From Octopus bimaculoides (lineage: Eukaryota), in assembly GCF_001194135.2 (NCBI RefSeq), contig NC_068997.1, forward strand, positions 2,453,763 through 2,517,762: 64,000 bases of DNA, in the 5' to 3' direction. The position numbers and the translations under genes are program-made. The number at the start of each line of letters is the position of its first letter. Position 1 is the first letter of the stretch. This document shows, piece by piece, positions 13,976 through 26,110 of the stretch. The notes under the pieces are model-generated. The model was not told the DNA's origin, made no database searches, and saw only the letters and a list, made by a program, of their open reading frames with translations.

Positions 13976-14223
13976 TATACAACCAATAAAACTGTAGCTA
14001 TAACATACATCAATGTATGTATAATACACATCTATAATACACCATGTTATATATACACAAAATATATCTGTAGACACAACTAAGCAGGGTGTAAAAGTAA
14101 CATACATCAATGTATGTATAACAAACATCTACACCATGTGTTATATACACCCAACAAAATAGGAAGTATAACAACATACATCCATGTATGTCGAACACAA
14201 ATCTAGCCTGTTGCATCATTTGT

Positions 14224-14740
14224 CAGACTACACGAAGATTAGCAAATTTATACTCCAAAGACAGGTGTAAGACAAGGAGATTCACTTTCTGTTAAACTAT
14301 TCCCAACTTCCAGAGAAGGGGTTATTTCAAAAATTGATCAGAGAAGAAAATGAAACAGGAATGGAAATTGACTACAGATTTCTCACCTATTTAAGAACAG
14401 CAGGCATTATAGTTATCCTGTGAGGATACCTCATCAAACTTCAAATTATGTTGGAACAACTTAATACAGGAATGGCAGAAGAATTAAAAATGAGCAAGAC
14501 AAAACCCCTGGCCCCTAACATGTTGGGAGCAGGTCAATATATTCAGAATCACAGTTTGTTTGGAATAACATGGAAGGATTGGAACATAAAAACAACCAAA
14601 ATAGATCCAAGAAAGAAGAAAACTAAATGACATTATTGCCAAATTCCTAAGAATCATTGAACGCGAATAGTGTAGGACACATCCAAAGGTGATTGATAAG
14701 CATAAGAGACTGGATCTCAAAAGACAACAACAGAAACAAA
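14224..14740 (+). pseudogene. Degenerate RTE-like LINE reverse transcriptase fragment
   Basis: Translates KTGVRQGDSLSVKLF (RT QGDxLSP motif), then ETGMEIDYRFLTYLRTAGIIVI (decayed [F/Y]ADD region) and KLQIMLEQLN...LKMSKTK; frameshifted. Confidence 0.7.
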
Positions 14741-15117
14741 AAGACAACAACGAATAAGTTGAAGGAAAGGATAAAATAGGTGTGAGCAGTTTAGAGGAGG
14801 AGGAGGAGGAGGATTCTGTGGGGATGAAAGGTAAAAAGTCAGCCTTGGTGGAATTTGAACTTAGAGCCCAAAGCCAGAGGAAATGCCGCCACACATTTTG
14901 TTCTGTGCGCCAGCTGAAATTTGGGGCAAAGGGGCCTAGTCAATTATATCAACCCTAGTGCTTAACTGGTCCTTATTTTATCAACCTCGAAAGAATGAAA
15001 GGCAAAACTGAGTTTGGCAGAATTTGAAGTTGGAATATGAAGCCAGAAGAATTGCGGCAAAGCATCTTGGCTGGCAGCGTAACACTTCTGCTAGCTGACC
15101 ACCTCAATAATAAATTG

Positions 15118-15410
15118 TTGAGAAATATATTTGTAGAGACCTGATAGTAACAATAAATACTAAATTATATTTATAGAGATCTGACAATAGTAATTGAGAA
15201 ACACTAAATTGTATTTATGAAGGTGAAATAACAATATAGAAACACTAAACTATATTCATTGACATGATAACAGTATGGAAACACTAAATTATATTTAGAG
15301 AGATCTGATAACTCTAATATGGAAACTCTAAATTATATTTATAGAGATGGAATAGTAAAAACAGAGAAATGCTAATTATATTTATAGAGATCTGATAATA
15401 GCAATAAATA
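15118..15410. repeat. Diverged ~42-bp AT-rich minisatellite, about 7 units
   Basis: Recurrent aaacactaaattatatttatagagatctga. Confidence 0.75.
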
Positions 15411-17706
15411 TTTTAAATTCTATTTTGAAGAAAGTGAACATTCTTGCATAAAATATAAAGAAATTATAAGAATAATTTGGCATGAACAGCAACAACAACA
15501 GTTTCAGTAAAAACAACAAGAATAACAACAGAAATTAAAGAGAGCCATTTGTATCCAATTTTGTATTGTTTTGTTAGTGGCATTGTTAATTGGATACCAT
15601 GGTGGACATAGACATATGGTTAATGTTTGAGAGTGGTGTGTATGTGTTTGCATTTTTGTGTGCAGCATTTAGATAGTGGTAAACAGCTGGCTGTTGCATA
15701 TGTAAATGTGTAGTATGTAGGCGTGCGTGTGTGTGTGTGTGGGTGTGTTACGTAAATAAGATGGAAATTGGTGCTTCCATGTAGCAAAGAATTCTTTGTA
15801 GAAGTCTGAGAGGAAATTGAATATTGATTTTATCCTTTGGCACTAAAGTAATATTGGTGTCGTTGACAGAATTAACAAAAGACATTTAGTCCCCCCACCC
15901 CCAACCAACCCCTCCCGCCACTGCACTCCATATCTATGTAACCACCCACACACCGTCATCACCACCACCATACCATCCCCACCCACACATGACAACGACG
16001 ACCACCATCATACTGCTTTCCCCCCCCACCCCTTCATCAATGATAAACATTAAAATTGTCTGTTAGAGTGATAAAGGACATTTTGACATGTGCATGTCAG
16101 ACTCAGGTGATGTAACTCTCCTCAGCTATCACCTTGTCAAATGCAATACAAAGACAGGTGTAGTAATTGTGTGCCTTTAAATCACTAAGGTAAAATGGCT
16201 TTTAAGAGTCAGTACTTAGCTGTTGGGGGCCAGCAACTTGCTCAAGGATCAGACTCAGGTGATGCATGTCTTCTTATCTGTTGGTGCCATAACATGATGA
16301 ATACAACACAGAAACAGGAGTAATTGAAGGTCTAGAAATCCCTAAGGAGAAAGCTTTTTTTAAGGGTCAATACTTAGCTGTTAGGGCCAGTGGTTAGCTC
16401 AGGTAGCAGGTGATTAGCACAAGAGTCGGGTGTTTAAGCATCAGGTGATTAGCACAAAAGGGCTGGGGTTTAGTTGAAGGGGCTGGTGATAAGTTCATAG
16501 AAAGGGTTATCCACTCAAGCAGTTAGTGGTTTACACAAAAGATAGGTGGTTAGATCCAGGGCTGGTAATAAGTTTATGAAGCTAATGCTTAACTGAAAGG
16601 GTAGTGGCTCAGCTGGGTTCTATAGGAAAAAGAAAAATCATATTAACTCACTAAAAAGGACATAAGTTTACCACAGGTAAGATAAACTCAAGTTCTCTTG
16701 GCTAATCCTAGTAACTGGCCCACCACCTATATTACACCGGTCATACTTGACTGGATTAGAAATCAAAACCGTGGATCCTGAACCATGTCTATTCTATAAA
16801 TTGATGTTGTTGTTTAGTTATAGATCGCCTCAGATTAAGCAGATCCATGATAAAAAAAAATGTCCCAACTATGTTTATATTATCTTTCTATACCTTTAGA
16901 ATTACATTACCAAAATGTCCTCACTACTCCGATTTGAAGGTTTAGTTATTGTTGGAAGTATTTTCTATCTGTGAAAAAAGACAGTCTTTGGAAGATGTAT
17001 GTTCCAATGGTGAATTGTTCCTTTTTAGAATAAGAAGAGGCAGTATTGTTTCCTTGATATGCACAAAGATTGTAATTTTTTTGAATGTTGAAGGAAACAA
17101 CTTTGGTATGACTGCTCCACACACACACACACACACACACACTAGAGGTATCTCTGTTCGTGAAAGGAAAACAAGTTTATCATGAAGTCTCTGAGCAATG
17201 TTTGGATGAGCAATGAAGAGATAAAAGGCACAGTTGACCTCAGTGGAATTTGAATCCAGGACATAAAGTATCAGAAGAATTTTGTCCTAAATTATAGAAG
17301 ATTTTGAAAGGTACAGTTGACGTCAGTGGAATTTAAACCCAAAACATAAAGAATCGGAAGAACTTTGTCCAATGCGCTAAAGGATTTTCACAATAACTTG
17401 AAGTGTAAACTGACATTTAGAACAAATAAAAAGAAATTTAATTTTAATCAGATAATAAATATTTATTTTAATATCAAGTGCAAATCATCAAACATTGCCA
17501 AGAATGTAGGGAAACTTCTGGGAGTCAGCAAGTAACAATGTCAGATGATGGAAAGGTAAAAGAAACAAAGACTAAAATAAAAACAAAGAAATGGTAACTT
17601 GATTAGTAAATCTTATATTGCATTGACTGAGTCGAAGTCAGAAATTATGGCAAAATTTTAATTTTTTGAAATCCTGAAAATCTGGAGAGGAGAAGGTAAA
17701 GTCAGT

Positions 17707-17748
<42 letters not shown>

Positions 17749-18390
17749 CTCACACACACACACACACACACACAGCAAAAGTAAAAAAGGAGGAAAAAAC
17801 CAACCCCAGACCATATGCAATGTCTAAACTAAGAGAAAGCTGTAGTTAATCCTGGGATTTTCTGCAAAGATTTCGGAATTTTGGTCTTGTAATTCCTTTC
17901 TGTTGCAAACATATCAAGAAGAAAAACAAAGAAAAAGGAGGAAAAAAAATCACCAAAAAAAAAAAAAAAACTCAAAGGGATGTAGAGGTGACGGGGTGGA
18001 TTAGCAGAAGTGAATTTATAGAATCTTTTTTTACGCTGTTGTCTTGTACAGGTTTATCTGTGGTTCGTAGTCTAAGAGAATGTACCAACATAAAAACGAT
18101 GGAAAAGGAACTGGTTTGGCAGTTGAAATCCTTAACTTGAAATGTTCGATAAGATCTCAACTCAAAAATAAAGCGTCACCAAAATCTAAAACATGAAAAC
18201 TGATTCTGACATTTCATAAAAAGACACTATTTTTGGTTATTGTTTTTGTTTTGTTTTTCTTCTTTTAAGTGCATGAGTGTGCGGAAGCATGCATGCAAGT
18301 GCATAAGATAATGTTCATATATGAATATGTGTGTGTAATGGGTAACTAGCATTAGATTTGTGTTTGCGTGAGTGTGTGTGTGTGTGTGTG

Positions 18391-18427
<37 letters not shown>

Positions 18428-18479
18428 GTATCTATGTATATATAAGTGAGTATGTGTGTGTGTGTGTGTATATATATAT

Positions 18480-18677
18480 ATCATCATCGTTTAACGTCCG
18501 CTTTCCATGCTAGCATGGGTTGGACGATTTGACTGAGGACTGGTGAAACCGGATGGCAACACCAGGCTCCAGTCTGATTTGGCAGAGTTTCTACAGCTGG
18601 ATGCCCTTCCTAACGCCAACCACTCAGAGAGTGTAGTGGGTGCTTTTACGTGTCACCCGCACGAAAACGGCCACGCT
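18480..18677 (-). mobile_element. Young RTE LINE 3' end running into an N gap
   Basis: About 97% identical by eye to 46806-47000; CpGs retained. Confidence 0.85.
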
Positions 18678-19591
18678 NNNNNNNNNNNNNNNNNNNNNNN
18701 NNNNNNNNNNNNNNNNNNNNNNNNNNNNNNNNNNNNNNNNNNNNNNNNNNNNNNNNNNNNNNNNNNNNNNNNNNNNNNNNNNNNNNNNNNNNNNNNNNNN
18801 NNNNNNNNNNNNNNNNNNNNNNNNNNNNNNNNNNNNNNNNNNNNNNNNNNNNNNNNNNNNNNNNNNNNNNNNNNNNNNNNNNNNNNNNNNNNNNNNNNNN
18901 NNNNNNNNNNNNNNNNNNNNNNNNNNNNNNNNNNNNNNNNNNNNNNNNNNNNNNNNNNNNNNNNNNNNNNNNNNNNNNNNNNNNNNNNNNNNNNNNNNNN
19001 NNNNNNNNNNNNNNNNNNNNNNNNNNNNNNNNNNNNNNNNNNNNNNNNNNNNNNNNNNNNNNNNNNNNNNNNNNNNNNNNNNNNNNNNNNNNNNNNNNNN
19101 NNNNNNNNNNNNNNNNNNNNNNNNNNNNNNNNNNNNNNNNNNNNNNNNNNNNNNNNNNNNNNNNNNNNNNNNNNNNNNNNNNNNNNNNNNNNNNNNNNNN
19201 NNNNNNNNNNNNNNNNNNNNNNNNNNNNNNNNNNNNNNNNNNNNNNNNNNNNNNNNNNNNNNNNNNNNNNNNNNNNNNNNNNNNNNNNNNNNNNNNNNNN
19301 NNNNNNNNNNNNNNNNNNNNNNNNNNNNNNNNNNNNNNNNNNNNNNNNNNNNNNNNNNNNNNNNNNNNNNNNNNNNNNNNNNNNNNNNNNNNNNNNNNNN
19401 NNNNNNNNNNNNNNNNNNNNNNNNNNNNNNNNNNNNNNNNNNNNNNNNNNNNNNNNNNNNNNNNNNNNNNNNNNNNNNNNNNNNNNNNNNNNNNNNNNNN
19501 NNNNNNNNNNNNNNNNNNNNNNNNNNNNNNNNNNNNNNNNNNNNNNNNNNNNNNNNNNNNNNNNNNNNNTTCTCTCCTTGTTTCTTCCTGC

Positions 19592-19637
19592 GTTCTTTTC
19601 TGTGGAAGAGCGTAGGCTCGAAACATTAAAGACTTTT
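19592..19637 (+). other. Decayed minimal hammerhead-like motif (Penelope-type repeat end)
   Basis: ctgtggaa-gagc-gtag-gctc-gaaacatt: perfect 4-bp stem II and GAAAC, but the CUGANGA box is mutated (A6 to U). Confidence 0.45.
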
Positions 19638-20160
19638 TCAATTCTTGACCGTTATACTAATACATCTGTTTGTTTTCTACACCACCTATCTTCATCTGTT
19701 GTTTTTTTGTGAATTCTCCCTATATATAAGTAAGTATGTATATATATGTGTGTGTGTGTGTGTTGAAACATAACATATTAAAGACAAGGCTACATGCATA
19801 ATCCAATGTTTCTTTCTCTTCAGAAGATTGTAGGTCCTTTGTTCTCTTGCAAGGAATGAGGCCCTATTCAAAGGAGTATTTAACAACCCAAGCTTCCCCA
19901 TTCTCTCCCCATCCAGCTGTTAAGAACGACCACCCACCACCAAGACCAGTCTTTCCAGTCTCAGAAAGTCTATCAAAAGTCAATGGATAGGGAACAGTCT
20001 CTACTCTTCTCAATGACATCTGAAAACATAAAGACTTCTGTGTTACTCTTTCAACCATTCTTAAAAAGATGCTATTTCAACAGTGAGATTTTTAACAAGA
20101 TAGCATGAAAGTAAAACTAAAAATAGAAAAACAACAGAATGAAACAGGAAGCGTAATATA

Positions 20161-20750
20161 TGTGTCACCTGCGTCTGTTCTTTAAATATCACCTGTAGTT
20201 GCCAACTGTCTGTGTCACCACAACTTGCTTGTCTACTTCACCACATCTCACCTGTCTGTGTCAATATATCAGACTGGATTGTGTCATCATATATCATCTC
20301 TCTCAATATCACTATACCTCACCCATCTGTGTCACCGTACCTCACCAATAATTGTCTCTATCTCTTGTCAGTGTCCCATATTTCACCCGACTGTGTTACA
20401 ACATCTCACCTGTCTGTGTCACCACATCTTACCTGTCTGTGTCGCCACATCTCACCTGTCTGTGTCACCACATCACACCTGTCTGTGTTGTCACATCTTA
20501 TCTGTCTCTGTTGCCACATCTCACCTGTCTGTGCCACCATATCTCACCTGTCTGCATCACATCTCACTTGTCTGTATCACCACATCTCACCTGTCTGTGT
20601 CACCACATTTCACCTGTCTATGTTACCACATCTCACCTGTCAGTATCACCATATCATACCTGTCTGTGTGATATGGTGATACTGACAGGTGAGTTGTCAT
20701 ATCACACCTATCAGTGTCACTATATCTCACCTGTCTGTGTTACCTACATT
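20161..20750. repeat. 23-bp minisatellite (cacctgtctgtgtcaccacatct)n with one inverted segment
   Basis: About 20 diverged units; perfect 25-bp inverted repeat at 20632-20656 / 20669-20693. Confidence 0.92.
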
Positions 20751-20952
20751 TATTAGTGTGTGTTACCTCTTGAAACATTCAGTTTAAATAGATGACACAG
20801 TATATGAGGTCTCGTCAAGCAGTAATTACAATAATTGCCTTCTTTAAACATCAATATCTTTTACAAATTTACAACTAAGTCTAATAGTAATTTTATTGTG
20901 GTCATCAAATCTGCTAGAAATGCCAGTCAAATTTCAAATTATTAGCTTTACA

Positions 20953-21001
<49 letters not shown>

Positions 21002-21213
21002 GCATGTATACGTGCATGTGTGTGTGTGTATCAATATAGCCATAAATACATTAAGTTTGATTGAAAGAGAGGATGAAACATTTCTGATCTTTGGTCAGCA
21101 GGGTCCAGATTGAGTTGGTGCTAAACAATAGCAACATTGAAGGACATGTTGGGTAATGCACTCCTAAGTATGCCATGTCTGAATATAAGACAGGATGCTG
21201 TTTTATTGCAGAC

Positions 21214-21480
21214 TAGTGGTTCTCAACCATTTTTTACCTAAGGACCCCTTTGACTTCTATTTAACTCAGATGGCCCCTCCTAGCCATTTGTTGTTTGAAA
21301 AATCCTATTGTATTTTTATAATTAAATGTTAAAAAATTGTTAATAAAAATATTTAAAAATTGTTAATAAAAATATTTAATGCATTGTTGAAATATAAGCA
21401 ATTTATTGCACATAAGTTTTAGCAATTAAATATTATATGGGATCCCCAAGGGCCATACTGACCCCAGTTGAAAATCATTG
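21214..21480. mobile_element. hAT (Charlie-like) MITE
   Basis: TIRs tagtggttctcaac / gttgaaaatcattg; decayed 8-bp TSD ttgcagac / ttatagat; second copy inverted at 33854-34111. Confidence 0.7.
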
Positions 21481-21734
21481 TTATAGATTCAGCCGAGTCC
21501 CAATTAGCCTTGAACTAAAACAATAATGACATACTAACGAGTCTAGTACACAAAACCTCTGATATTGTAACATGATACATTAATGTTGTATATTAATTAA
21601 TGAATGGTATGGCAGGTAGAGTGTTGCATGAAGGCAAGGGTGAGGAAATGGCGAGAAACTTCAGCAAATGCAGCAGAAACTATTTACCGAAATGTCAACA
21701 ACAGCTACATCAGTAATAACAGCAACAACTGGAA

Positions 21735-22045
21735 CTCCATCAGTCACAACGATAAGGGTTCCAATTGATCTGATCAATGGAACAGCTGGCTCGTGAAATT
21801 AATGTACAACACATTCACAACACAGACACACAGACATGTATAAACTTAGTGAAGTTCTCAGGAAGATTCAATGTGCACAGAGAATGTGACAAGACCTGCC
21901 CTTTGAAATGCAGGTACTACTAATTTTTGCCAGTTGAGTGGACTGGAGCAATGTGGAATAAAGTGTCTTGCTCAAGAACACGATGCATCACTGAGAATTG
22001 AACTCATGATTGTCTGCTGAATACCCTCCCCACTAAGCCACATGC
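21735..22045 (-). mobile_element. CORE-like tRNA-derived SINE (family C)
   Basis: Reverse complement contains tcttgagcaagacactttattccacattgctccagtccactcaactggcaaaaat and the tail shared with 40370-40670. Confidence 0.7.
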
Positions 22046-22149
22046 ATTCACAATAACAACAACAATAGCAGATACTGAATTTGTTTACAAGATTCATTAA
22101 ATTACGAAACAGTCATCCGTAGCTGTTTTTTTTTTCTTTTTTTTTTCTT

Positions 22150-23060
22150 TTTCTTACTATTGGCACAATGTTTGAAATTTTGAGGATAAGGTTAGTTGAT
22201 TACATCGACTCCAGAGCTGAGGTGATACATTTTTTTATCAACCCCGAGGGGACGAAAGGCAAAGTTGACCTTGGCAGAATTTGAATTCCGAATGTACAGG
22301 AGAAATGTTACAAAGCATTTTTGTCCTGCATGCCAACGATTTTGCCTTCTCACAACCTTAATAATAGTAATTCTTTCTACTATAGGAAGGCAGTAGAAAC
22401 GCTAGCACGCCGGGCAAAATGCTAAGTGGTATTTGGTCTGTCTTTATGTTCTGAGTTCAAATTCTGTCAAGGTCGACTTTGCATTTCATCCTTTTTAGGG
22501 TCGATAAATTAAGTACCAGTTGTGTACAGGGGCCGGTCTAATAGACTGGACCCCTCTCCAAAAATTATGGGCCTTGTGCCAAGAGTTGAAAAGAATTCTT
22601 TCAACTACAGGCACAAGGCTTGAAGCTTCGTGAGAGAGGGAAAGTCAATTACATCAACCCACCAATGCTCAAATGTACTTATTTCAAAACCCGTGTAAAG
22701 ATGAAAGACAACCTTGGTGGAATCTGAGCTCAGAACATAAAGACAGACAAAACACCACTTCGCATTTTGTCCAGAATGCTAACAATTCTACCGGTTTGCT
22801 ACCCTAACACCAGCAACAATGATGATGATGATGATGATGACAGTGATAATAATTCTTCCTACTATTGGTGCAAAGTCTGAAATTTTGGGATGGGGGATGG
22901 GGGATACTTAATTACATTGTCTCCATCCCCACCCCTTCCCCAGTGCTCAACTGGTACTTATTTTATTGGCCCCCAAAAAGCATGAAAGACAAAGTCAACC
23001 ACTGCAGAATTTGAACTGCAAAGCTACTAAGCATTGTGTCTGAGATGCTAACGATCCTGT
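22150..23060. mobile_element. Cluster of family A SINEs in both orientations
   Basis: Minus copies at about 22160-22340, 22600-22805 and 22855-23060; plus copy at about 22385-22595. Confidence 0.75.
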
Positions 23061-23147
23061 CAACCTGTCTTCTGTAATTATAGTTGGACATTAGATTGTC
23101 TAACGTAAAATTTTAGACTGAGATTTATTATGCCCCTTCACACTCAC

Positions 23148-23189
23148 CTGTCGCATACTGAGTGATACTCTGAACACATAACACCTATA
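23148..23189 (-). CDS. Candidate small exon (42, 37 or 22 nt depending on acceptor)
   Basis: Strong donor cag|gtgagt; weak UG-rich acceptors at 23189, 23184 and 23169; open readings YRCYVFRVSLSMRQ or VLCVQSITQYAT. Confidence 0.25.
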
Positions 23190-23242
23190 CTGGCAACACA
23201 CACACACACACACTCTTGTTCTCTCTCTCTTTCTCTCTCACT

Positions 23243-23273
<31 letters not shown>

Positions 23274-23456
23274 TCAAGAAGAAGACAAATATGTATGATT
23301 GCAGATCTGCTTCATAAGACACATGCAAATGTTGAACATATTATCAGATACATTCTATGTTTGTGGTAGCAAGTAGAAAACACACACACACATATACATA
23401 TACATATATATATATATGTAGATATATAGATATATATATATAGATTGATAGATATG

Positions 23457-23488
<32 letters not shown>

Positions 23489-23923
23489 TATATAGATTGA
23501 TAGATATGTATATATATATATGTGTATATATATACATNNNNNNNNNNNNNNNNNNNNNNNNNNNNNNNNNNNNNNNNNNNNNNNNNNNNNNNNNNNNNNN
23601 NNNNNNNNNNNNNNNNNNNNNNNNNNNNNNNNNNNNNNNNNNNNNNNNTATATATATATATATATTTGTATGTATGTATGTATGTATGTATGTATGTATG
23701 TGTGTATGCATATGTACTGATATGTATGTATAAAGCGATGTTTGAAAGCAACCAAGCAGTAAATGGGAAGCTGTCATCAGAGAGCTGGTACCGTTGCCGC
23801 CACAATACGCAGATATAGCCAATGACATTATCAATAGAAGCTGGTCTCAGAACTGGCATCATTCCAACTGACTGCCAGAATATGGCAAGTTTGAAAAAGT
23901 AGAAGCAATTTGGAACTATAAAA

Positions 23924-23967
<44 letters not shown>

Positions 23968-25308
23968 TGACGATATAGTTAAGGAGAAAGACAAAGGAGG
24001 AGAAAGTCTGCAGAGAGATAGATGTAGCAGTCAAAGACTTAATTGCAGGAATCTATTATTGCCAAGATTGTCTTTGTTGTTGTTGTTGTTGTTGTTCATC
24101 TGTTAAATCGTCAACCATTTAGATACACAGAGCTGCTCAACAAACTGACATCGTGGTATTCCAAATGATGTTCTTTTATTACAAATATAGACAGGAATAT
24201 TGGTCTTATTGCCTCAGAATAATTACAGAAAATGACTCGTTAAATTACTTTCATCTATTCTTCATTCTACACACCAGTACCACCACCGCCACCACCACCA
24301 CCACTCTGGTCTCTATTTTCACGCCTCTTCACTTAAACTTCTTTGCTCTAATTACCATTCACTCACACTTCACTGCTGTTCTCATCAATTCACTCACACT
24401 TTTGTCACCCTTGTTCACTCACACTCCACTNNNNNNNNNNNNNNNNNNNNNNNNNNNNNNNNNNNNNNNNNNNNNNNNCACCACCACCACCACTGACACC
24501 ACCACCACCACCACCACTCTGGTCTCTATTTTCACGCCTCTTCACTTAAACTTCTTTGCTCTAATTACCATTCACTCACACTTCACTGCTGTTCTCATCA
24601 ATTCACTCACACTTTTGTCACCCTTGTTCACTCACACTCCACTGCTGTCACCCTCATTCACTCACACTCCACTTCCTTCACCTTTCCCTTAATTTACTCA
24701 CATTCCTCAGCCTTCACTCTTATTCACTCCACCACCACCACTACCACTGCCACCACCACCACCACCACCGCCACCGCCGCCACTCAGTACCTTATTTGCA
24801 TGTTAGTGTTTACTTTGAAAAATGTCTGAGAAGGTGTAGACACTGGTTCCTGGAGCACACACACCATTCTTCTTTTCGGGTACCAAGGGTTAATCAAAGA
24901 TACATAGATTAGGAAGAAGGAAGTTGGGAGAGGAAGGGGAGGAGAGGGGAGAGAGAGAGAGAGGAAGAGAGACAAAGATGGAAAAGGAAGACAAGAATAT
25001 GTAGGGAGAATGAAGAACTGTGAAAGGAACGTCAAAGACTGCGAAATAATGAGGAGAACAAAGAGTGAAAGGGAGAGGAAAGAAGGAAGAAACAAAGGGG
25101 GTAAGGAAGAGGGAAAGAAAGGCAAGGAAAAAGGAAAGACAGAATGAAAAAATCAATTGAAATCAGTGAAGCAAACAAGAGATAATTAAAATCGGAGAAT
25201 TATGGTTAAAAACAAACAACATTGATTTATGAAAACCCACATCATCTTCCAATATATATACCTTCATATTTCACCTCCATCATACTATATTCATACAAAC
25301 ATATATAA

Positions 25309-25702
25309 GGTACAGTCGTGGCTGTGTGGTAATAAGCTTGCTTTCCAACCACATGGTTCTGGGTTCAGTTCCACTGTGTGACACCTCGGGCAAGTGTCTT
25401 CTACTATAGGCTCGGGCCAATCAAAGCTTTGTGAGTGGATTTGATAGAAACAATAGAAGCCCAGCGTATATCAATATGCATGTGGCTTTGTGACTGAGTT
25501 TCTTCCCCAATCATCGCTTGGCAACCAGTGTTGGCATGTTTACATCTCCGTAACCTAGCAGCTCAGCAAAAGTGACTGATGAAATAAGTATCAGGCTTAA
25601 AAAAAAAGTACTGGAGTCAATTCATTTGACTAAAAAAAATATTCAAAGCAGTGCCCCAGCATGGCAGCAGTCTAATGACTGAAACAAGTAAAAGATAAAA
25701 GA
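25309..25702 (+). mobile_element. SINE family B, full length
   Basis: Head gtggctgtgtggtaataagcttgc...gggttcagttcc; tail gactgaaacaagtaaaagataaaag. Confidence 0.85.
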
Positions 25703-25755
25703 TATATTTATATTGTTTATATATATAAAGATACATATGTGTGTGTGTGTGTGTA

Positions 25756-26110
25756 TCATCATCATCGTTTAGCGTCCGCTTTCCATGCTAGCATGGGTTG
25801 GACGATTTGACTGAGGACTGGCAAGCCAGAAGGCTGCACCAGGCTCCAATCTGATTTGGCAGAGTTTCTACAGCCGGATGCCCTTCCTAACGCCAACCAC
25901 TCCGAGAGTGTAGTGGGTGCTTTTACGTGCCACCGGCACGAGGGCCAGTCACACAGTACTGGCAACGGCTATGCTCAAAAGGTGTTTTTTACGTGCCACT
26001 TGCATGGGAGCCAGTCCAGCGGCACTGGCAATGACCTCACTCAAATGATTTTCTAATGTGCCACCAGCACATGTGCTAGAAGGCAACGCAGGTAACGATT
26101 ACACTCTAAT
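25756..26110 (-). mobile_element. RTE LINE 3'UTR fragment
   Basis: Reverse complement of the 680-1232 family. Confidence 0.85.

Noticed and set aside
18535-18575. ctgagga-ctggt-gaaacc in the RTE 3'UTR copies (also 1125-1150 inverted and about 46850) resembles a hammerhead core
   Set aside because: No stem II closing pair (C/U), no stem I complementarity, no properly placed NUH, and GAAA is absent in other copies (25820, 12110).
20212-20756. Cys/His-rich repetitive ORFs
   Set aside because: Translations of the 23-bp minisatellite in all frames; no C2H2 spacing.
24290-24640. Identical ~140-bp direct duplication flanking a 48-N gap
   Set aside because: Exact identity across a gap suggests unmerged overlapping contig ends.
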